DNA of 64,000 bases from Escherichia phage vB_EcoM-RPN226. Below are positions 59,210-64,000 of this stretch, piece after piece. Position numbers and translations under genes: made by a program. The stretch lies in sequence record OL770073.2; one strand, written 5' to 3'. Within the stretch, counting starts at the first letter, position 1; every line of letters begins with the position of its first letter. The notes under the pieces were generated by a model. That model saw nothing but the letters and a program-made list of their open reading frames with translations. It made no database searches and had not been told where the DNA came from.

Positions 59210-59676
59210 ATTATGACAGAATATACCCGTGTTGCTTTGTGAATGGCCCTGGATGCAGGACCGTTCTTTTCGTCACAGGTTGTTTGCATAAATGCGAAGG
59301 GTGTTATAATAAATCAACATGGAATGCTAGAAATGGCGTTCCATTCACTGGTGAAACACTAGAACAATTAATTGAATGTTTGAATAATGATTATATAGAA
59401 GGATTAACTATAACTGGAGGAGACCCTCTCTATCCTGATAACCGAGATGTTGTTCATTGCATCGTTCAAACAGTAAAAAATCTTTATCCGAATAAAAGCA
59501 TTTGGTTGTGGACAGGATATAAGTTTGAAGATATTAAACAACTAGAAATGCTTAAATATGTTGATGTTATTATTGATGGGAAGTATGAGAAAAATCTTCC
59601 GACCAAAAAGCTGTGGCGAGGATCAGATAATCAGCGACTTTGGTCAAATACCGACGGGGTGTGGAAACATGATTAA
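59206..59676 (+). CDS. nrdG: anaerobic RNR activating protein (radical SAM)
   Basis: Start at MNYDRIYP gives 156 aa as T4 NrdG; Cys cluster CLHKCEGCYN. Confidence 0.85.
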   Translation: MNYDRIYPCCFVNGPGCRTVLFVTGCLHKCEGCYNKSTWNARNGVPFTGETLEQLIECLNNDYIEGLTITGGDPLYPDNRDVVHCIVQTVKNLYPNKSIWLWTGYKFEDIKQLEMLKYVDVIIDGKYEKNLPTKKLWRGSDNQRLWSNTDGVWKHD

Positions 59677-59790
59677 ATTGAATTATATTATGGACACTAT
59701 AAATGATATGATTTTTCATTTTGGTCCAGAATTTTATTCGCAGTATAGTTTAGTGCTTATCAATGCTTGGTTAATCAATTAAGGGTAAAT

Positions 59791-60006
59791 ATGTATAAAT
59801 TTCGTAAAGGTTTAGCTGATTTTCTTACAACTGTAACGTTCTTTTTGTTTATGGCAGTTGGAGCTATTTTCCTTATTCCTTTTATTGCTATATTTTTCGT
59901 GATTAGCTTAATTTCTCCAGAAAAAGGCTTATCTTCTAGCGAGTTTAATGAGCGTCTGGATAAAATTACTAACAAACTGAATGCTGTTCTTGATAAAAAG
60001 GCTTAA
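59791..60006 (+). CDS. small membrane protein
   Basis: ATG at 59791; single long hydrophobic helix. Confidence 0.5.
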   Translation: MYKFRKGLADFLTTVTFFLFMAVGAIFLIPFIAIFFVISLISPEKGLSSSEFNERLDKITNKLNAVLDKKA

Positions 60007-60008
60007 TT

Positions 60009-60320
60009 ATGATTAGTTTTGAGCAGTACGTGGTAGAGAGTTGGAAGGGTTTTGATATGTTCGGTAATGACTATTATTTCTATGAATGTAGTCTAAATCC
60101 TAGTTTTTGGGCTGGACGAGAACGAGAACTTGAAGAAATTAATAACCGTGCTGAATTGTTAGGTGAATTACCTACGGTTTATTTTACCTTTGATGCATCT
60201 GGATTTGTTATCCAGGTTTATTTTCCTGAAGAAAATTCTGGCGATGATTCTGTTAACCCGCCATACTGGGCTTATCAAGGAATTATTTCTCGTGGAACAA
60301 AACTCGAACTTAAAGAATAA
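60009..60320 (+). CDS. hypothetical protein
   Basis: 103 aa ORF. Confidence 0.5.
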   Translation: MISFEQYVVESWKGFDMFGNDYYFYECSLNPSFWAGRERELEEINNRAELLGELPTVYFTFDASGFVIQVYFPEENSGDDSVNPPYWAYQGIISRGTKLELKE

Positions 60321-60615
60321 GATTGAAGTCTATGGAATTCCAGATGAAGTAGGTCGTTGTCCTGGATGTCAATCAGTTACAAAACTTCTAAAGGAGCTCA
60401 ATGCTCCTTTTACTTTCTATAAAGTTCTTACAAATAATGGTAAGATTGAGTATGATCGTCCACTGATTGTATCTCTTGCTAAACGAGCTGGATTCACATC
60501 TCTTAACATTCGTTATCCAGTCATTTTCATCAATGATTCTAGACAAAAGAACATTAAACACTTCAAAGAAACTCTCATTTCACTTGGATATGATAGAGAT
60601 ATCATAGAAGACTAA
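60287..60615 (+). CDS. glutaredoxin-like redoxin (NrdH-like), probable GTG start
   Basis: KIEVYGIPDEVGRCPGCQSV with CxxC active site; no in-frame ATG, candidate GTG at 60287 overlapping upstream gene. Confidence 0.5.
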
Positions 60616-60618
60616 GAT

Positions 60619-60640
60619 GGGCCCTCTGGGCCTTTCTTTC
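60619..60640 (+). terminator. terminator-like hairpin
   Basis: GGCCCTCTGGGCC followed by TTTCTTTC. Confidence 0.5.
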
Positions 60641-60713
60641 TCACATTCTGTATATTACCATTCTAAGATATCGTTCCCTTCTTATCATTCCCTAAAATAA
60701 TTTTCACAAAGTT

Positions 60714-60744
60714 GTTTACAAGAAGTTTAAACTGTGGTATTATT
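60714..60744 (+). promoter_or_regulatory. T4-type early promoter
   Basis: TTTTCACAAAGTTGTTTACA...TGTGGTATTAT; upstream block identical to that at 31380. Confidence 0.6.
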
Positions 60745-60942
60745 AACATATGAATTGCCTTTGAGGATTTGATATGGTTGATAAAGAGATTAAAAAGGAT
60801 CAGTATTATCGTGTTAACGGACATATTGTTATTGTTACAGCAGTAGATGATCTAGATGTTCATTATACTGTACTTAAATGGAATAAACAGATGATTTGCG
60901 ATCGTGCTGTATTTAGTTCAGTTGCTAAGGAAATTAAACTCC

Positions 60943-61236
60943 ATGGGTAAAACGTATCGTCGTAAAGACTTGAAAGTTCGTGATTATGACTATTTCGGAA
61001 AGCGTAAAGCTCCTGATGGTGTAAGTCATAAAGATATGGTTGAAAACATTTTTCGCTCTGATAAATGGCGTAGAATGAAAGGTATTGATTCAGAAGTTAA
61101 AGATGAGCTAAATCGCCAATTACGTGGTGAAGTAAGAAAGTTGAAAAAATCAGTTTACATTGACGATGATTTTGATTACAATACTTCTCAACGAGTTGCT
61201 AAGCGTAAATCAAACGAGTGCTATCGTTACAGCTGA
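60943..61236 (+). CDS. hypothetical basic protein
   Basis: Start at ATG 60943 (MGKTYRRKDL); lysine/arginine-rich. Confidence 0.5.
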   Translation: MGKTYRRKDLKVRDYDYFGKRKAPDGVSHKDMVENIFRSDKWRRMKGIDSEVKDELNRQLRGEVRKLKKSVYIDDDFDYNTSQRVAKRKSNECYRYS

Positions 61237-61375
61237 GGAAAATATGAATATCAAACGCATGCTTTTTAAACAAGGATTATACACTTTAAATATTGCTCCA
61301 AAAGGCGATACGACTAAGTGGTCAGTAAATGACTGGATTAAATTCATTGATGAAAACGGTAACTGGAAAATTTAA

Positions 61376-61576
61376 ATGAATCCTGAATCTAAATTATCAC
61401 AACGAATTGCCGAAGCTCGTCGTCAGTTCTTTGAAAATATGATAGCCCAGGGTATTGATGACGAAGTTTTTCTGAACTGGTTTTGGAATCACAAATATTC
61501 AAGTTGCTCAGGAGCAATATTAATATCAGCTGCAATGATGTACGAAGGCTGGAAGGGTGCCAAAAAGTTTAGCTAA
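61376..61576 (+). CDS. hypothetical protein
   Basis: 66 aa ORF followed by terminator. Confidence 0.5.
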   Translation: MNPESKLSQRIAEARRQFFENMIAQGIDDEVFLNWFWNHKYSSCSGAILISAAMMYEGWKGAKKFS

Positions 61577-61592
61577 GGGCTTCGGCCCTTTT
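61577..61592 (+). terminator. rho-independent terminator
   Basis: GGGCTTCGGCCC hairpin plus TTTT. Confidence 0.7.
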
Positions 61593-61628
61593 TGGATAAT
61601 AAAACTTTAACGCAATTGAGGATAATGT

Positions 61629-61955
61629 ATGACTATTCAAATTAAAAACGCCATCAATTCTTACGCATATGATAAAGTAGTTTCTTTGCTAGAAAAAGGC
61701 GATATTGTAACTCCTCAAATTTTGGATAAATGGGAAAAAGAGCTTCATCAGACGATGAAACAGAATGATCAGAAGATTGGGCGCAATACTGTCCGTGAAT
61801 TGTTGGTTCAATATATCTTGTCAGAATTTGATGTTAAAGCTTTTGGTGTAGAATCTAAAGCTTATCAAAAACATGAAATTTCCGATAAAACTATTCGTCG
61901 CATGAAAAATCAACGCAAGAAAAAATTTGCAGACCTGAAAATTACTAAGGTATAA
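61629..61955 (+). CDS. hypothetical protein
   Basis: 108 aa ORF. Confidence 0.5.
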   Translation: MTIQIKNAINSYAYDKVVSLLEKGDIVTPQILDKWEKELHQTMKQNDQKIGRNTVRELLVQYILSEFDVKAFGVESKAYQKHEISDKTIRRMKNQRKKKFADLKITKV

Positions 61956-61957
61956 TT

Positions 61958-62173
61958 ATGAACGAAGCTCTTATTAACGATTTGCGTCTTGCTGGATATG
62001 AAGTAAATACAAATGGCATTGGTTTAACTCAAATTGAAGGAAACGGATTCATCCTTGAGTATGAATTTAGCCAATGGTGGTTATATGCTAATTACGGCAA
62101 ACTGATTGAATACGTTGACCAATTTGATTCACTAGATGCAGCTCTTGAAGCGGCTAAGTTGATGAATGCATGA
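61958..62173 (+). CDS. hypothetical protein
   Basis: 71 aa ORF. Confidence 0.5.
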   Translation: MNEALINDLRLAGYEVNTNGIGLTQIEGNGFILEYEFSQWWLYANYGKLIEYVDQFDSLDAALEAAKLMNA

Positions 62174-62439
62174 AATTAATTAATATTTCTATTGCTATTG
62201 AAAATTTTGGTATTTTCTATGTTGACCAATACATGAAAATTTCATTTTTCCCAAATAAGACTGGTGTTGGATATTGGGAAAGCCATGTTTCTGAATTAAA
62301 TGAAAGTAAATATTCTAACACCCATAAAAAGTTTTTAGACTTTTTATATCATGCTGATTTAACTAGTCATTACATAGATATTCATGAATTTAAAAAGATG
62401 ATGGAGAAAGTGTTCCAAGCATACTGCTTACTTAGATAA
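62170..62439 (+). CDS. hypothetical protein
   Basis: 89 aa ORF. Confidence 0.5.
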   Translation: MKLINISIAIENFGIFYVDQYMKISFFPNKTGVGYWESHVSELNESKYSNTHKKFLDFLYHADLTSHYIDIHEFKKMMEKVFQAYCLLR

Positions 62440-62517
62440 CTGATATCCTCTATGCTTTAAGATAGATCTTCAAATATTATGATATAATAGATCTATGAAT
62501 TGAGCTAAGAGGTGAAA

Positions 62518-63075
62518 ATGTCAGAAACTAAGCCTAAATATAATTACGTAAACAATAAAGAGCTTTTACAAGCTATTATTGATTGGAAAACAGAATTAGC
62601 AAATAATAAAGACCCAAATAAAGTAGTTCGACAGAATGATACTATCGGATTGGCCATTATGCTTATCGCAGAAGGCTTATCTAAACGTTTCAACTTTTCA
62701 GGATACACCCAATCCTGGAAACAAGAAATGATTGCAGATGGTATAGAAGCTTCTATTAAGGGGCTTCATAATTTTGATGAAACGAAATATAAAAACCCGC
62801 ATGCATATATAACTCAAGCTTGTTTTAATGCATTCGTCCAACGTATTAAAAAAGAACGTAAGGAAGTTGCAAAGAAATACAGTTACTTCGTTCACAATGT
62901 CTATGACAGTCGTGACGACGATATGGTTGCGTTAGTAGATGAAACTTTTATTCAAGACATCTACGATAAAATGACGCATTACGAAGAATCAACCTATAGA
63001 ACACCGGGGGCTGAAAAGAAAAGTGTTGTAGACGATTCTCCTAGTTTGGATTTTTTATATGAGGCTAACGATTAA
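62518..63075 (+). CDS. 55: late-transcription sigma factor gp55
   Basis: Start at [27 protein letters not shown] gives 185 aa matching T4 gp55 as recalled. Confidence 0.9.
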
Positions 63076-63277
63076 CCTCTCCGGATTCTTGGAAGAAATA
63101 CCCGAAGTTGAAGCTATTCCCTATTTACTTAAAATGTATCTCAGGGAAGTTTTAGCTCTTGACATTGATATTGATCCAGAAAATCCGTATGATACCGCTT
63201 TTAAATCTAATGGTGTAGAATTAAACTATCGGTATCATTTAACAGATGATGATTTTTATTTTATATTAGAGAAATAA
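63059..63277 (+). CDS. hypothetical protein
   Basis: 72 aa ORF. Confidence 0.45.
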
Positions 63278-63278
63278 T

Positions 63279-63587
63279 ATGACTGATAAACCCGAAATTA
63301 ATGATGAAGTGGAAAAGCTTATTTCTTCTATTGAAGAAAAGAACCGTCTTGAAGCAGAAAGAAAAGCAAATAAGTTATTGTCTAAAAATAAACGCGAACT
63401 GAACCGTCTTTATAAACACGCTCAGATTGCAGCTGAAAACAATAATTTTGCTCAATACGAATATGCTATCAAGAAAAGTCGGGATATTCTAAAACAGCCA
63501 TATAACGATGAACTCATTAGTATTCTTTGGAAGACTACTAGATCGCAGATTGAGGATATGATTGATGCTTACACACGTAAAATTTAA
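63279..63587 (+). CDS. hypothetical protein
   Basis: 102 aa coiled-coil-like ORF. Confidence 0.5.
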   Translation: MTDKPEINDEVEKLISSIEEKNRLEAERKANKLLSKNKRELNRLYKHAQIAAENNNFAQYEYAIKKSRDILKQPYNDELISILWKTTRSQIEDMIDAYTRKI

Positions 63588-63768
63588 GCGTCTTAAAATT
63601 AATGCAGGATTTACTGAATCTTTGAATGGTCATCTTTGCGTGAAAATTTCTGAAAAAGAATACCATGATAGTTCAATCAAAGAAGTTAATCCTCCTATTG
63701 TAAGAGCAGACCCTAATATGAAAGTGTGGGTTGATTCCTATCAAGTCAAAAAATGGTGGCAACTGTGA
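63562..63768 (+). CDS. hypothetical protein
   Basis: 68 aa ORF. Confidence 0.45.
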   Translation: MMLTHVKFKRLKINAGFTESLNGHLCVKISEKEYHDSSIKEVNPPIVRADPNMKVWVDSYQVKKWWQL

Positions 63769-63943
63769 AAGATGAACACCCAGACTTCTGAAATAGATTA
63801 TAATAAAATTCGTTCCTCTAAAGTAGAAATGATGAGACGCTTTAAAGAGTCTCATGATAAAGCTAAAGCAGAAGGAACTATAACATATAAGCGTATAAAA
63901 TTTAGAAGCTCTAATGAGCCTCTGTATGGCGTATTATGTGGAT

Positions 63944-63961
63944 AGGAGCTTCGGCTCCTAT
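63944..63961 (+). terminator. terminator-like hairpin
   Basis: TAGGAGCTTCGGCTCCTA hairpin after a 58-codon ORF (63769-63945). Confidence 0.45.
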
Positions 63962-64000
63962 ATTGCTTTATAAATTTTTGGTAAAATAAACCAAAACAAT

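Noticed and set aside
60774-60950. 58-codon ORF downstream of the early promoter at 60714
   Set aside because: Below the ORF-track threshold and overlaps the start of the next ORF; may be a real small early gene but support is insufficient.

Overview
This window is a segment of a T4-like (T-even, Tevenvirinae-type) myovirus genome, in reverse orientation relative to the usual T4 map. It is a close relative of T4, not T4 itself: the lysozyme differs from the T4 sequence at many positions, and extra homing-endonuclease genes sit between conserved structural genes. All protein identifications are from reading translations against recalled T4 proteins and motifs; no database search was run.

- **1-27956, minus strand:** a contiguous late structural block: gp21 (partial), 68, 67, portal 20, tail tube 19, sheath 18, terminase 17/16, 15, 14, 13, fibritin wac, baseplate 12-6, 5.4, 5.1, hub-lysozyme 5 and 53. 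Three free-standing homing endonuclease genes interrupt it (HNH between 18/19, HNH between 13/14, GIY-YIG between 5/5.1).
- **28004-64000, plus strand:** genes 4, 2, 3, 1, 57A, 57B, an eight-tRNA cluster with segB, nudE, lysozyme e, regB, vs, tk, rI, nrdC, 49, nrdD split by a 1033-nt group I intron with an intron ORF, nrdG and gene 55. Between these lie many small hypothetical ORFs, a repeated family of T4 early promoters, one probable middle promoter, and rho-independent terminators. Late promoters (TATAAATA) were found on both strands.

The most interesting content is in the variable early regions:
- four proteins carrying T4 capsid-targeting leader peptides (candidate injected effectors);
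- a macro-domain protein;
- a Pol-beta-type nucleotidyltransferase next to a AAA-type ATPase;
- a GrcA/YfiD-like glycyl-radical protein;
- three tandem coiled-coil proteins;
- a truncated denV remnant;
- repeated promoter cassettes, some with dyad symmetry over the -10 element.
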